The notes under the pieces: generated by a model
The model's input: only the letters and a program-made list of their open reading frames with translations
Databases searched by the model: none
Told to the model about the DNA's origin: nothing
Assembly (NCBI GenBank): GCA_963729605.1
Contig: CAVSNY010000007.1
Location: 416,001 to 480,000 of the forward strand
Direction of reading: 5' to 3'
Length of the DNA stretch: 64,000 bases
Origin: an uncultured Gammaproteobacteria bacterium
GTDB taxonomy: Bacteria > Pseudomonadota > Gammaproteobacteria > DRLM01
Program-made: the position numbers and the translations under genes
Shown: in pieces, positions 19,935 to 30,483 of the stretch
Layout of the letters: every line of letters begins with the position of its first letter
How positions within the stretch are numbered: the first letter of the stretch is position 1

Positions 19935-20291
19935 TCAGACGGTCAACGGAGAAAGTGGCGGGGCGCGACTGCGGAAATGATGGCCGGCGAAGGCCTGCAC
20001 CCGTTCTGCCCTGAGGGTTGGCCATTGCGGCGCGGCCACGGTGAGCAGCGGCAAACCGATGGCCGGGGCTGGGGCCGCGCCTAGGAACTGCGCATACCCG
20101 GTACACAGGGAACAGCCGCCGTCGGCGACCACAGGCGACTCATCGGCCTCGGCCTGCAGATGGCTGATGCTGTGGGTGATGGCGCCAAGCTGGCTGAGCA
20201 CCAGTACCAGCGCCAGACTCAGTAGCCACGCCAGACGGCGGGGCTTGGCCGTGATCTGCGCGTGAAGCGGATGATTAAGGCGGCTGCTCAT
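19935..20291 (-). CDS. DUF2946-like (CruR/CutF-type) regulatory leader ORF
   Basis: N-terminal TM segment, H..SH, CSLC, Pro-rich linker and C-terminal FRSRAPP. Immediately upstream of the metal-uptake operon. Confidence 0.75.
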   Translation of the reverse strand: MSSRLNHPLHAQITAKPRRLAWLLSLALVLVLSQLGAITHSISHLQAEADESPVVADGGCSLCTGYAQFLGAAPAPAIGLPLLTVAAPQWPTLRAERVQAFAGHHFRSRAPPLSPLTV

Positions 20292-20885
20292 GGATTGTTG
20301 CAAATCCTTCGACTCATGGCGAACGTCATGTGCCGCGAGTATACGCAAGACCGCCGGTGTTCGAAAGATCGGCCCGGCATATTTAGAGACGCGCCATGCG
20401 CGGAAGGGTGGATTGCACGGATGGGTGAGGCGTTCGGATCACGCCCATGTGAAATAAAAGCGTCGCGACCTCGGAAACAACACGCCCGTCCATGTGCCAG
20501 CGACCTCGGTATCTCGGTATTGATCACTTTTGCCCCACCCCCTTTGGCGGGCCGCTGCCGCCAAGGACAGCGGGGTATCATTGCGCTGATGCTCCGCATC
20601 GCGCGCGATTCCATCCGCTGAAGGCTTCGAAGGCCGAGGAAACACCGAGAATGATGTGTTGCGGCCATCGCGCGCTTTATTTGACCTCGCGTGAACTAAA
20701 CTTTATGGTGTGGTCCATATCTAAGGCTCAGCCATCAGCAAAAACAAATTCCTTTCACCGTCAAGGTAATCTATGGGCCATCAGACAAATAGATGTTTGA
20801 GAATTTTTACTTGGGCGGAGACCGGGTCTATTTTTGTCCTATTGTCCATGGACATGTCTTGTAATCTATGTGAGGTTGTCCGCTC

Positions 20886-21710
20886 ATGACGGAATGGCTC
20901 GCTACTCCCGCGGCGCAGGCGGGTTTCGTTCCTTTTATCACGGCCCTGTTGAGCGCGGCCGTTCTGCGCAAGTTGGGCTGGTACTGGGCGGGCGGTGCCT
21001 TGGTGGCGGGCTTCGCGGTGGCGGTGTATCTCAGCACCGGCTTTCAGTTTCAGCCGTGGACCAGTACCCGCAAGATCGTTGCGCTGACCCTGGGCGCCGC
21101 GGTCCTGGGCCTGCTTTATGACCTCTATCCTTTTCAGCGCCGCTGGTTGATTCCGGTCACTTTCGCGGCGGCGGTGGCCGCGGTGTTGTGGGTGGTGTGG
21201 CCGGTGTTGTCGCGGCGCGAGGGCGCGGAATATTGGACGCTCGCCGTGGGTGTTAGCGCCTATGTGGGCTGGTGCGCGGTGGCAATGGAGACCTTGCGCG
21301 CCAAGCCGGTGGCGATGATGGGCGCGGCGGTGGCCTTGGGCTTCGGCGCGGGTGTCACCGCCTTGCTGGGCGCCTCCGCCTTGATGGGGCAGTGGGGCAT
21401 CGCCTTGGGCGTCTCGGCCGGCGCCTTGTGGTTGTTCGTCATCTTCATGCGCAATACCACGGTGGGTTCGCTGGCCGCGCTGCCGCTGGGTGTGGGGGCC
21501 GCGCTGATCGGTTGCGGCGCCTTTGTCTACGCTAAACTGCCGTGGTCGAGTCTGCTTATTTTGGCGACGATTCCCTTGATCGCGCACCTGGTCTGGCTGC
21601 CGCGCCTGCCGCGTCTGGCGCAGGCCGCCTTGTCGATGTTCGCGGCGGCGCTGCCGGCCGCCGCCGCCGTATGGTTTACCTTGCAGCAAACGGGCGCGCC
21701 GCCCTTGTGA
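20886..21710 (+). CDS. Hypothetical polytopic inner-membrane protein
   Basis: About 9-10 hydrophobic segments, GAGG RBS. Confidence 0.75.
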   Translation: MTEWLATPAAQAGFVPFITALLSAAVLRKLGWYWAGGALVAGFAVAVYLSTGFQFQPWTSTRKIVALTLGAAVLGLLYDLYPFQRRWLIPVTFAAAVAAVLWVVWPVLSRREGAEYWTLAVGVSAYVGWCAVAMETLRAKPVAMMGAAVALGFGAGVTALLGASALMGQWGIALGVSAGALWLFVIFMRNTTVGSLAALPLGVGAALIGCGAFVYAKLPWSSLLILATIPLIAHLVWLPRLPRLAQAALSMFAAALPAAAAVWFTLQQTGAPPL

Positions 21711-21745
21711 TCGAGTTCCCCCACGACAATCTCAGGAGATTCGCA

Positions 21746-22321
21746 ATGAAAAAAACCTTAGTCGCCTTTATGTTCGCCACGTTGCCGTTGAGCGGTTTCG
21801 CCGCGCCGGAATCGTTTACCATCGATCCCAATCACACCTACCCCAACTTCACCATCAATCATCTGGGTTTTTCCACCATGTATGGCCGTTTCGGCAAGAC
21901 CTCGGGCAAACTCACCATCGATAATGAAAAGAAGACCGGTTCGGTGGATGTGGTGATCGACGCCGCGTCGGTCGATACCGGTTTCGCCAAACGCGATGAC
22001 CATCTGCGTTCGCCGGATTTTCTCAACGTGGTGGAATTTCCGCAGATCACCTACAAGTCCACCAAGGTGGTGATCAACGCCGACAAGTCCGCGGTGGTGG
22101 ACGGCAATCTCACCATCGCCGGCGTGACCAAGCCGGTGCGGCTCGACGTCAAGAGCATGAACTGCGGAATCAATCCCATGGATCCGAAGAAACAGACCTA
22201 CGTCTGCGGCTTTGATGCAACGACGAAGATCAAGCGTTCCGATTTCGGCGTCAAGTTCGCCTTGCCGGGGGTGGGCGATGAAATGAACATCTTCCTCGGA
22301 GTCGAGGCGATCCGTAACTAA
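21746..22321 (+). CDS. YceI-family periplasmic protein
   Basis: IDPNHT, HLGFS, KRDDHLRSPDF, IKRSDFG. AGGAG RBS and signal peptide. Confidence 0.93.
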   Translation: MKKTLVAFMFATLPLSGFAAPESFTIDPNHTYPNFTINHLGFSTMYGRFGKTSGKLTIDNEKKTGSVDVVIDAASVDTGFAKRDDHLRSPDFLNVVEFPQITYKSTKVVINADKSAVVDGNLTIAGVTKPVRLDVKSMNCGINPMDPKKQTYVCGFDATTKIKRSDFGVKFALPGVGDEMNIFLGVEAIRN

Positions 22322-22371
22322 GGCGTTACGCTAAAGTCGGCGCCCTCGCCAGCGGGCGCTTATGAAAATCG

Positions 22372-22402
22372 ACGCCGGAGCTTTGTGGTTCCGGCGTTTT
22401 TT
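22372..22402. terminator. Terminator between convergent yceI-like gene and rsmA
   Basis: ACGCCGGA...TCCGGCGT followed by a T run. Confidence 0.75.
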
Positions 22403-23199
22403 TATTTTGAATGGACGGCGTTGGCGAGCAGGGCGAATTGCGCCAGGCTCAACACTTCGGGGCGCAGGCCGGGGTCGATGCCGAGCGCGCGGATTTCCTG
22501 TTCGCTCAGAAAATCCTTGAGGGTGTTGCGCAGGGTTTTGCGGCGTTGACTGAAGGCGCGGTTCACCAGTTCGGTGAAGCGCCGTTCGTCGTTAATCTGC
22601 ACGGGCGCGACGCGATGCGGCCTCAGCCGCACGAAGGCCGAATCGACTTTGGGCGCGGGACGGAAGGCGCCCGGTCCCACCGAGAACAATAAATCCACCG
22701 CGCAGCGCCATTGCAGCATTACGCTCAAACGGCCGTAGTCATCGGCGCCGGGCGGCGCGGCCATGCGCAAGGCCACTTCTTTCTGCACCATGAAATGCAT
22801 GTCGATGATGAGCGGCGCGTAAGAGAGCAGATGAAACATCAGCGGCGTGGAAATATTGTAAGGCAAGTTACCCACCACCCGCAGCGTGCGTTCGCCGTGG
22901 GTCAGCGCGGCGAAATCGAATTTGAGCGCGTCGATTTGATGGATGCGCAGCTCGCCTCGGTCCGCGCAGTGTTGCTGTAAATGCGGAATCACGTCGCGGT
23001 CGAGTTCGATCACGTGCAGCTTATGCGCCGCTTCCAGCAAGGGTGCGGTGATGGCGCCGAGGCCGGGGCCGATCTCCACCAGGGTCTGCCCGGGTTGCGG
23101 CGCGACGGCGCGGACGATGCGTTCGATGACGTGGGCGTCGTGCAGAAAATTTTGCCCGAAGCGTTTGCGGGCCTGATGCGGTGTGCCGGAGGTGTTCAT
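22402..23199 (-). CDS. rsmA: 16S rRNA dimethyladenosine transferase
   Basis: [24 protein letters not shown]. Confidence 0.97.
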   Translation of the reverse strand: MNTSGTPHQARKRFGQNFLHDAHVIERIVRAVAPQPGQTLVEIGPGLGAITAPLLEAAHKLHVIELDRDVIPHLQQHCADRGELRIHQIDALKFDFAALTHGERTLRVVGNLPYNISTPLMFHLLSYAPLIIDMHFMVQKEVALRMAAPPGADDYGRLSVMLQWRCAVDLLFSVGPGAFRPAPKVDSAFVRLRPHRVAPVQINDERRFTELVNRAFSQRRKTLRNTLKDFLSEQEIRALGIDPGLRPEVLSLAQFALLANAVHSK

Positions 23200-24209
23200 G
23201 CGGTCGCGCGCGCCGCCATTTCGCCGGCGAGTTGCAGCGCGGCCTCCAGGCTGCCGAGGTCGGCGCCGCCTTTGCCCGCCAGTTCCAGGGCCGTGCCGTG
23301 ATCGACCGAGGTGCGGATGATGGGCAGGCCGAGGGTGACGTTCACCGCCTTGCCGAAACCTTTGAACTTGAGTACCGGCAGGCCTTGGTCGTGGTACATG
23401 GCCAGCACCGCGTCGGCGCTATCGAGATATTTCGGAATGAACAGGGTGTCGGCGGGCAGCGGCCCGATCAGGTCCATGCCCTCGCCGCGCAGCGCGTTCA
23501 GCACCGGTACGACCACGTCGCGGTCCTCCGTGCCGAGATGGCCGCCTTCGCCGGCGTGGGGATTGAGTCCGCACACCACGATGCGCGGCGCGGCGATGCC
23601 GAAGCGCGTGCGCAGATCGTGATGCAGTATCCGTGTCACCCCTGCAAGATGCGGCGCGCTGATGGCGTCCGCCACCGCGCGCAACGGCAGGTGAGTGGTG
23701 GCGAGAGCGACGCGCAGCCCCGCGGTGAGCAGCATCATCACCACTTGCGGGGTGCGGGTGATCTCCGCGAGAAACTCGGTGTGGCCGGAAAAGACGAAGC
23801 CGGCGTCGTTGATGATGCCTTTGTGTACCGGACCGGTCACCAGGGCCGCGAACTCGCCGCGCAGACAGCCCGCGCTGGCGCGGCGTAACGTGTCGAGCAC
23901 ATACGCCGCGTTGGCGGGATGGAGTTCACCGGCGCGTACCGCCGCGCGCAATGGAACCGGCGCGACCTGTAGCGTGCCGGCCTGCTGGGGCCGAGCCGGT
24001 TGTGTGGCGTCGAACGTATCGAGTCTGAGCGGCAGGCCCAATTGCGCGGCGCGTTCCGCCAGCAGGTCGGGATCGGCGACCGCCACCAGTTGGACCGGAT
24101 GGGCGCGCTGCGCCAGCATTACGCATAAATCGGGGCCGATACCGGCCGGTTCGCCGGGGGTGAGGGCGATGCGTGGCACTGAAGTGATGGTGGTCGGCGG
24201 CGGCTTCAT
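23196..24209 (-). CDS. pdxA: 4-hydroxythreonine-4-phosphate dehydrogenase
   Basis: [39 protein letters not shown]. Confidence 0.97.
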   Translation of the reverse strand: MKPPPTTITSVPRIALTPGEPAGIGPDLCVMLAQRAHPVQLVAVADPDLLAERAAQLGLPLRLDTFDATQPARPQQAGTLQVAPVPLRAAVRAGELHPANAAYVLDTLRRASAGCLRGEFAALVTGPVHKGIINDAGFVFSGHTEFLAEITRTPQVVMMLLTAGLRVALATTHLPLRAVADAISAPHLAGVTRILHHDLRTRFGIAAPRIVVCGLNPHAGEGGHLGTEDRDVVVPVLNALRGEGMDLIGPLPADTLFIPKYLDSADAVLAMYHDQGLPVLKFKGFGKAVNVTLGLPIIRTSVDHGTALELAGKGGADLGSLEAALQLAGEMAARATA

Positions 24210-24359
24210 GGGTAGGGCTTTTTATCACTTCCCCCGCCGCCGGTCCACTCCCGGTTTTTATAATAAGCCGGTATCGGCGCGGCGCGTGGCAAGGGACGAT
24301 TAAGTGAAAGACCGTGGGGCGGCGCGGCGCGATGGTTTAGGGAATGCCGGGGACATTTC

Positions 24360-24514
24360 TAACGACGCGCTGAATAATTCCATCCTGAAATTTTCAGGGC
24401 AAGGGCGGCGAAAATGACATTTCGGCGTCCTTTATCTCCCATGGCCCACGTCATTGAAAAGGGCGCACACATCCGTGTGCCGCGGGAATCTCTGAAGAAA
24501 TCCGATGTTCCTTA
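24360..24514 (+). mobile_element. MITE-like element, copy 3
   Basis: Left half homologous to the inverted copy at 3599-3754, right half to 18563-18616. Its terminal TTA forms the stop codon of the adjacent gene. Confidence 0.65.
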
Positions 24515-25450
24515 ATTCGTAGTTTCTTGGCCCATATCGAGGGCGAGGTAGCTCCGTTCGATGAGCGCGCCGCCGGTGGTGCCTTGTCCTGGGAAGGTGG
24601 CGATGCCGGCTCGGATGACGACGCGGCCCTCGGGGAAACATTCCCGGCCGGGGAAAGGATGGCGGTCTATCGATTCGCGCATGCGCTTGACTAAGGCGTT
24701 CGCGCCGCTGTTGCCGGTTTCCGGCAGGAGCAGGGCGAATTCATGGTCGTTGTAGCGGGTCAGGGTGTCCGAGGTGCGGATATGGTCGCGCAATAAATTG
24801 GCCAGCGAATACAGCAGTAATTCGCTGGCTTTATTGCCGTGATGGGTCTGATAGGCGGCGAAGTCCACGATGTCGGACATGATCAGCGAAAATTCGCGCC
24901 GGTAACGCTGCGAGCGGGAGATCTCCATGGCCATTGCTTCGTGAAAATGTTTCTGGTTGTGCAGCCCGGTGATTTCGTCGATGGTGGCGAGTTTATGTAG
25001 TTTGCGGGTGACGGAGCTCAATCCTTCCGCGTGTTGTTTGACCCGCTCCGACAGGCTGCGGTTTTCCTGCAATAGGCGATGTTTTTCGATGGCCCGTTCG
25101 ATGATGGCGATGATGAACGGAATATTGTCCATGGGCAGGATGACGCAATCGTAGGCGCCTGCTTCCAAGGCATGTTTGGCGGTGTTGATTTGAGTGCGCT
25201 GGATAATCGCCACGCTTTGAGTGTTGTTCGAACGCAGGCGGATGTCCTGGATCAGACGCAGGCTGGCCTTGCCGTCGGTCTCGGTGTTGATGATCACCGC
25301 CGCGTAATGGGTCTTTCTGATTTTGTGGAGGGCGTCGGCCGCCGTCGCGGTCCGCTCGACGCTGTGCCCGCTTTCGATAAGCGGCTGCGCGAGCAGATTG
25401 GGGATGACGTCCTCCTGGTCTACGAAGAGGATGTGGACGGATTCATTCAT
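24512..25450 (-). CDS. Pseudo-receiver plus degenerate GGDEF protein
   Basis: DEITGLHN present, active site reads NDHEF, RTSD I-site retained, phospho-Asp replaced (VIINT). Confidence 0.85.
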   Translation of the reverse strand: MNESVHILFVDQEDVIPNLLAQPLIESGHSVERTATAADALHKIRKTHYAAVIINTETDGKASLRLIQDIRLRSNNTQSVAIIQRTQINTAKHALEAGAYDCVILPMDNIPFIIAIIERAIEKHRLLQENRSLSERVKQHAEGLSSVTRKLHKLATIDEITGLHNQKHFHEAMAMEISRSQRYRREFSLIMSDIVDFAAYQTHHGNKASELLLYSLANLLRDHIRTSDTLTRYNDHEFALLLPETGNSGANALVKRMRESIDRHPFPGRECFPEGRVVIRAGIATFPGQGTTGGALIERSYLALDMGQETTN

Positions 25451-25479
25451 GCCGGTGGCAGGACCATAGTGCGCGCAAC

Positions 25480-26454
25480 TTAGCCTTCGCTGTCGGGATG
25501 CAACACGGCATTGCGTCCCCCGCGTTTGGCGCGCTGGAGGGACTGGTCGGCCTTGTCGATCAGGATGCGCGGTTCTTCGCCGTCGTGGGGAAAGGTGGCC
25601 AGGCCGATGCTGACGGTGATTTTTCCATGGGGTTGGCACTCTCTGCCGGAGAATGGATATTCGGCGACGAATTCACGCAGTTGGTGACCCATCGTCACGG
25701 CCTGCTTCCGGTTGGTTTCCGGCAGGATCAGCGCGAATTCCTCGCCGCCGTAACGCGCCGCGCTATCGGACTGGCGGAGGCGTTTGCCGATGATCTCCGC
25801 GAGGGTCTTCAGTAATTCGTCGCCTTGCGGGTGGCCGTGGGTGTCGTTGTAAGTCTTGAAGCGATCGATGTCGATCAGCAGCAGCGAGTATTCCCGCTGG
25901 TAGCGGTTGGCGCGCGCGTGTTCCGCGGCGAACGCTTCGTGGAAATAGCGGTGATTGTACAAACCGGTCAAGCCGTCTTTGAGCGCCAGTTCTTGAATGA
26001 TGTGGTTGATCCTGTCCAGGTCGCTGTTGCGTTTGTTGAGACGGGTCATCAGCAGTTTGTTGTCGCGCAGGAGCAGGATTTTTTCTATGGTGCGGTTGAT
26101 GACGTAATGGACGACTTCGATTTGATCGAAGGGTTTGATCAAATAATCGGCGGCGCCGGCCCGCAAGGCGGTGACCGTCGAATGCAGCGAGGTCTGATCG
26201 GCCATCATGATGACTTGCGTGTCCGCATTTTTTTGTTTGATCTGTTTTAAGAGGTCCATGCCGTTCATGCCCGGCATGCGGATATCGGTGATGATCAGCG
26301 GGTGTTGATGTTGGTCGAACAGCGCCAGCGCCTCTTCCGCGCTGGCGGCGGTGGCGACTTGATGGCCGCCGTCGGATAAGACTTCATAGAGCAGTTCCCG
26401 CAGGTTCGCCTCGTCGTCGACCACCAGGATGGTCAGTGCAGTCTTGTTGCTCAT
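25480..26454 (-). CDS. Response-regulator diguanylate cyclase (REC-GGEEF)
   Basis: VVDDE, ITDIRMP, DGLTGLYN, RQSD I-site, RYGGEEF. Confidence 0.93.
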   Translation of the reverse strand: MSNKTALTILVVDDEANLRELLYEVLSDGGHQVATAASAEEALALFDQHQHPLIITDIRMPGMNGMDLLKQIKQKNADTQVIMMADQTSLHSTVTALRAGAADYLIKPFDQIEVVHYVINRTIEKILLLRDNKLLMTRLNKRNSDLDRINHIIQELALKDGLTGLYNHRYFHEAFAAEHARANRYQREYSLLLIDIDRFKTYNDTHGHPQGDELLKTLAEIIGKRLRQSDSAARYGGEEFALILPETNRKQAVTMGHQLREFVAEYPFSGRECQPHGKITVSIGLATFPHDGEEPRILIDKADQSLQRAKRGGRNAVLHPDSEG

Positions 26455-26771
26455 GTAATCGTTCTCTATTAATCACGCATCGCTGGTTCCGCCAATCGGG
26501 TTCGTCAGCCATGACGACGCGCGCGGCTGATTCCTGGAATGAGGCGCATGGCGGTAACGGATGCTTACGACGGATTGATCGTCATGAGCGGGTATTTCTT
26601 GAGAGGCCGATCCCGCCGGGCCGGCCGATAAATAAGAGTTTGATGATAGGCCGGGCGGGGTATCGAGGAGATCGAAGCCGATCTTGGGATTCGCGCCGGC
26701 GCGGCGCGGATGTTTTGCCGGTCGCCAAGGCTGGCGGTCCCCGCTCGCCCGGCCGGGGACCGCCGGCGGGC

Positions 26772-28079
26772 TTATTCGCCGCTCAGGCGGCTTTCGATGT
26801 GCGCCTCGTCGCGCAAACGGGTCAGCCAGGCCTGGAGTTCTTCGTCCATTTTGCGTTGGCGGATGGCGTCCCGCGCCTGGTCGCGCAGCAGGTCGGCGGT
26901 GTTGTCGCGCTCGCGGCGTTCCAGGACTTGCACGAGATGCCAGCCGAAGTCGGTTTTAAAGGGCTGGCTGATCTGGCCCTCGTCCAGCGAGTCCATGGCG
27001 TTTTCGAAGGCCGGCGTCATGTCGCCGGGGTTGGCCCAACCCAGATCGCCGCCGTTAGCGGCGGAAACGGTGTCGTCCGACTCGCTGCGCGCCAGTTCCG
27101 CGAAATCCGCGCCCTGTTCGAGGCGGGCGCGCAGGGTGTGCAGTCGTTGTTCGGCGGCCTCTTCGCTGGTCAATTCGTTGGGGCGGATCAGGATGTGGCG
27201 GGCGTGGGTTTGGGTGACGATGTGGCGCTGGCCGCTGCGTTTGTCCAGGAGTTTTATGATGTGATAGCCGCTCGGGCTGCGGATCAGATCGCTGACCGCG
27301 CCGGTGTTCATGGCGTTGACGGCGTCGACGAACAAGGTGGGCAGTTCGGCCAGTTTGCGCCAGCCCAGGTCGCCGCCTTCCAAGGCCTGCTGGCCGTCGG
27401 AGACGGCGATGGCGGTCTCCTGAAAATCCGCCCCGTTCCGCAGGTTTTTCAAGATGTCTTCGGCGCGTTCCCGTGCGGCGCGCAGTCGTTCGGGCGAGGC
27501 GGCGTCGGGCACGGCGATCAGGATATGGGCGAGACGGTATTCCTCGCCGGCATTGCCTTGCATCTTTTGCGTGGTGAGGAAGTTGTCGATTTCCTGTTCC
27601 GACACGCTGACCCGTTCGGCGATTTGCCGCTGTTGAATCCGGCTGATGAGGATTTCCTTGCGGATGTCCTCGCGAAAGTCGGCGAAGTCGTAGCCGTCTT
27701 GTTCCAGCACCGTGCGGAATTCGCCGAGGGTCATCCGATTTTCCTCGGCGATGCGGGCGATGGTGCGGTTGAGGGTTTCCTCGTCCACCCGCACACCGGC
27801 GCGGTCGGCCAATTGCAATTGCAGATTGGAGAGGATCATCCGGTCGAGCACCTGTTTTTCCAACACGGCTTGCGGCGGGACGGGCGCGCCCTGTTGTTGC
27901 AGCTGTTGCCGGATGGTGCGCAACCGGTCGTTCAATTCGGTGCGGGTGATGACGTCGTTGTTGACCACCGCGACGATGCTGTCGAGGGTTTCCCGCGCAG
28001 CGGGGTCGGCTTGGGCGGCGTGCAGGGCGCTGTTGCAGCCCGCCAGCAGCAGGCTAAGAAATATAAATCGGCGGAACAT
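26772..28079 (-). CDS. surA: Periplasmic chaperone/PPIase SurA
   Basis: LDSIVAVVNNDVI, two parvulin domains (HILI, GGDLGW). Follows lptD. Confidence 0.95.
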   Translation of the reverse strand: MFRRFIFLSLLLAGCNSALHAAQADPAARETLDSIVAVVNNDVITRTELNDRLRTIRQQLQQQGAPVPPQAVLEKQVLDRMILSNLQLQLADRAGVRVDEETLNRTIARIAEENRMTLGEFRTVLEQDGYDFADFREDIRKEILISRIQQRQIAERVSVSEQEIDNFLTTQKMQGNAGEEYRLAHILIAVPDAASPERLRAARERAEDILKNLRNGADFQETAIAVSDGQQALEGGDLGWRKLAELPTLFVDAVNAMNTGAVSDLIRSPSGYHIIKLLDKRSGQRHIVTQTHARHILIRPNELTSEEAAEQRLHTLRARLEQGADFAELARSESDDTVSAANGGDLGWANPGDMTPAFENAMDSLDEGQISQPFKTDFGWHLVQVLERRERDNTADLLRDQARDAIRQRKMDEELQAWLTRLRDEAHIESRLSGE

Positions 28080-28144
28080 AGGCGTGACCACTATCCTGGT
28101 TAAAACGAATGAATCGAGAGGGTTGCCGCGTCCGGTGGCGGTCA

Positions 28145-30370
28145 TCAGCGGGCGCGGTAGCCTAGGATACCATGTTCCAGCACGTCCTCGACCGAGTTGC
28201 CGATATTGGCCAGTCCCTTCAATTCCAATTGCAGATAGAGCGCCTGGTTGTTGTCGCCGGAGACGGTGTTGACGTAGCGACGGGTGGTGGCGCGGAAGGC
28301 CCAGCAGCAGCTGTCGTATTGCAGTCCGGCCAGGGTTTCCAGCACCCGCTGGTCGCGGTGGGAGTAATTCCAGCGGCCGATGAATTGCCAGCGTTGGCGC
28401 AAAGGCCACAGGAGGGAGAGATCGGTTTGATCCAGTTCGTCGCGGCGGAAGCGGTAACCGGCGTTGAACAGCTGTTGCCGCTCGCCCTGGTAGCGGAACT
28501 GGACGGCCGCCCGTTCGGTTTCGTCCGCGTCGGGGTTCCATTGCAGCGAGCCGGAGGCGGTCCAGCGGGCGGTGAGGCGGGTGCTGAGTTCGCCCACCAG
28601 ATCCGATTCGCTGCGCGACGGCAGGGGGACGCCGGGCAGGCCGACCCGCGGGGCTTCGAAGTAATAAATCTGTCCCAGTGCGGCGCGCAGCCACTCGCGG
28701 CCGTCGCCGCGGTCGAGCAAGCGGCTGGTGACGCCGGCGCTGAGCTGATTGGCGTCGCTCAGGCGGTCGGGGCCGGTGAAGCGGTTGTCGCGAAACAGTT
28801 GGGAGAAACTGAAATCGAAGGCGCTGGTGTCGAAGACCGGGAAGTCGGTCTGGTCGCGGAAGGGTATCCGCAAATAAAACAGCCGCGGTTCCAGGGTGTG
28901 GAGGAAGGGACGGCCGCGGAATTCGATGTCCCGTTCCAGATAGAGGCCGCCGTCGAGGCTGTATACCGGCACGCTGTGTTGCGGCGCGTCGGCCGCGCCG
29001 GGACCGACCTCGTCCAGCCGGTAGCCGGTGTAGCGCAGGCCGGCCTTGGGGATGAAGAAATAGCCGAGCCGTTCCACCGGCCAGGCGATGGAGGGATGCA
29101 GGCTGATGCGGGTGCCGGTGACGGACTGTTCCCGTTCGAAACGGGTCAACTCCGCGTCGAGGGCGTAATCGCCGCCCAGCGGATGACTGGGTGCGACGCC
29201 GCTGAATAACAGTTGCGGCAGGCGTTGATAGGGCCGGTCGCCGACCGGGGTGGCTTCGTCGATGGTTTGGTAGTCCTGCAGGCGGGCGAGAAAATAGTTG
29301 TAATCGCCGCTGTAGGTGACATCGAGGCGCCGGTCCAGATGGGTGGCGCTGGCGCTGGAGAGATTGCCGCCGAGTTCGGCGAGATAGCGGCTGTCGGAGA
29401 CGTAGTTGAAATTGGCGTCGGCCCGCCAGCGTGGATCGATTCTTTCCATGTGTTGAAAAGAGAGGGCGCCCCGGTCGGCGCCGAACACCGCGTCATTGGG
29501 CAGGTACTCGACGTTGATGATGCCGCCGTTGTCGGGAGTGAGGTAGCGGAATTCCACTTGGGTGAGCAGGCCGCGGGTCCCCAGGATGCGCGGCGTGATG
29601 GTCGCGTCGTATTGCGGCGCGATGTTCCAATACACCGGCTGGCCGAAATCCAGGCCGGTTTCGTCGGAGTAACCCACGGTGGGCGGCAGCAGGCCCGATT
29701 TGCGATTGCCGTCGAGCGGAAAGTTGATGTACGGGAAATACAGGAACGGCACGTTTTGAAAACGCAGGGTCACGCCGCGGGCGGTGCCCACCGCCTCGGC
29801 GTGATCGAGGGTGACGCGGCGCGCGCGTAATTCCCAGTCCACTTCGCCGGGGTCGCAGGTGGTATAGCTGGCATTGAGCAGTTGGGTGATCTCGGTGCTT
29901 TCGCGGATCACGGTACGGGCCTGGCCGTGGGCATGGCGGTCCAGGTACTGGTAGCGGGCCTGATTGATCTGGCCGGTCTCCGCCGTCAGGTCGAAGCGGG
30001 CCGATTCTCCTTCCACGATGAAGCCGCGTTGCTGAAGACGCACCGTCCCTTCGGCGTCCACTTGGCCGCTGCGGTCGTCGTATACCGCTTGGTCGGCGTT
30101 GAGGCGCTGCGCGCCGCGCAGGATCAGCACATTGCCGCGTACGGTGTAGAGTTCATCGTTCACGCCTTCGCCGTAGTCGGCGGTGATGTCGGTGGGCGCG
30201 AGCGCGCTGTCGAGCTGAGCGTCGGTGTCGAACGAGGGTGTCACGCTGTGGCACAGCGGCCATAGATTGTCGGCGGCCAGGCCGGCGGCGCGCACTTCGG
30301 TCGCCGCGAACAGGGCCGCCGCCGCGCCGAGAAAAAAGGCCGCTTTGTGGTGGGTCACGACTGTAGGCAT
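28145..30370 (-). CDS. lptD: LPS-assembly protein LptD
   Basis: YTTC, RKSGLL.P, YWNIAPQYD, YDSCCW, LQLELKGL. Confidence 0.96.
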   Translation of the reverse strand: MPTVVTHHKAAFFLGAAAALFAATEVRAAGLAADNLWPLCHSVTPSFDTDAQLDSALAPTDITADYGEGVNDELYTVRGNVLILRGAQRLNADQAVYDDRSGQVDAEGTVRLQQRGFIVEGESARFDLTAETGQINQARYQYLDRHAHGQARTVIRESTEITQLLNASYTTCDPGEVDWELRARRVTLDHAEAVGTARGVTLRFQNVPFLYFPYINFPLDGNRKSGLLPPTVGYSDETGLDFGQPVYWNIAPQYDATITPRILGTRGLLTQVEFRYLTPDNGGIINVEYLPNDAVFGADRGALSFQHMERIDPRWRADANFNYVSDSRYLAELGGNLSSASATHLDRRLDVTYSGDYNYFLARLQDYQTIDEATPVGDRPYQRLPQLLFSGVAPSHPLGGDYALDAELTRFEREQSVTGTRISLHPSIAWPVERLGYFFIPKAGLRYTGYRLDEVGPGAADAPQHSVPVYSLDGGLYLERDIEFRGRPFLHTLEPRLFYLRIPFRDQTDFPVFDTSAFDFSFSQLFRDNRFTGPDRLSDANQLSAGVTSRLLDRGDGREWLRAALGQIYYFEAPRVGLPGVPLPSRSESDLVGELSTRLTARWTASGSLQWNPDADETERAAVQFRYQGERQQLFNAGYRFRRDELDQTDLSLLWPLRQRWQFIGRWNYSHRDQRVLETLAGLQYDSCCWAFRATTRRYVNTVSGDNNQALYLQLELKGLANIGNSVEDVLEHGILGYRAR

Positions 30371-30483
30371 CTTAATTGCTGGTCGAGGGCCGCTTAAAAT
30401 CGCATAGAATAGGCCGTCTTATCAATCGCGCGGCGGTCGCCGCGGTGCGGCGGTGTCGAGTGGATGCGGAGGCGGTTGGTGTC

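Noticed and set aside
26436-29830. Long antisense and alternate-frame ORFs (e.g. 26436-28103, 28172-29209; also 60893-62245 and 62028-63308)
   Set aside because: These are shadow ORFs of well-supported genes in high-GC DNA, with Arg/Pro/Gly-rich translations and no motifs.
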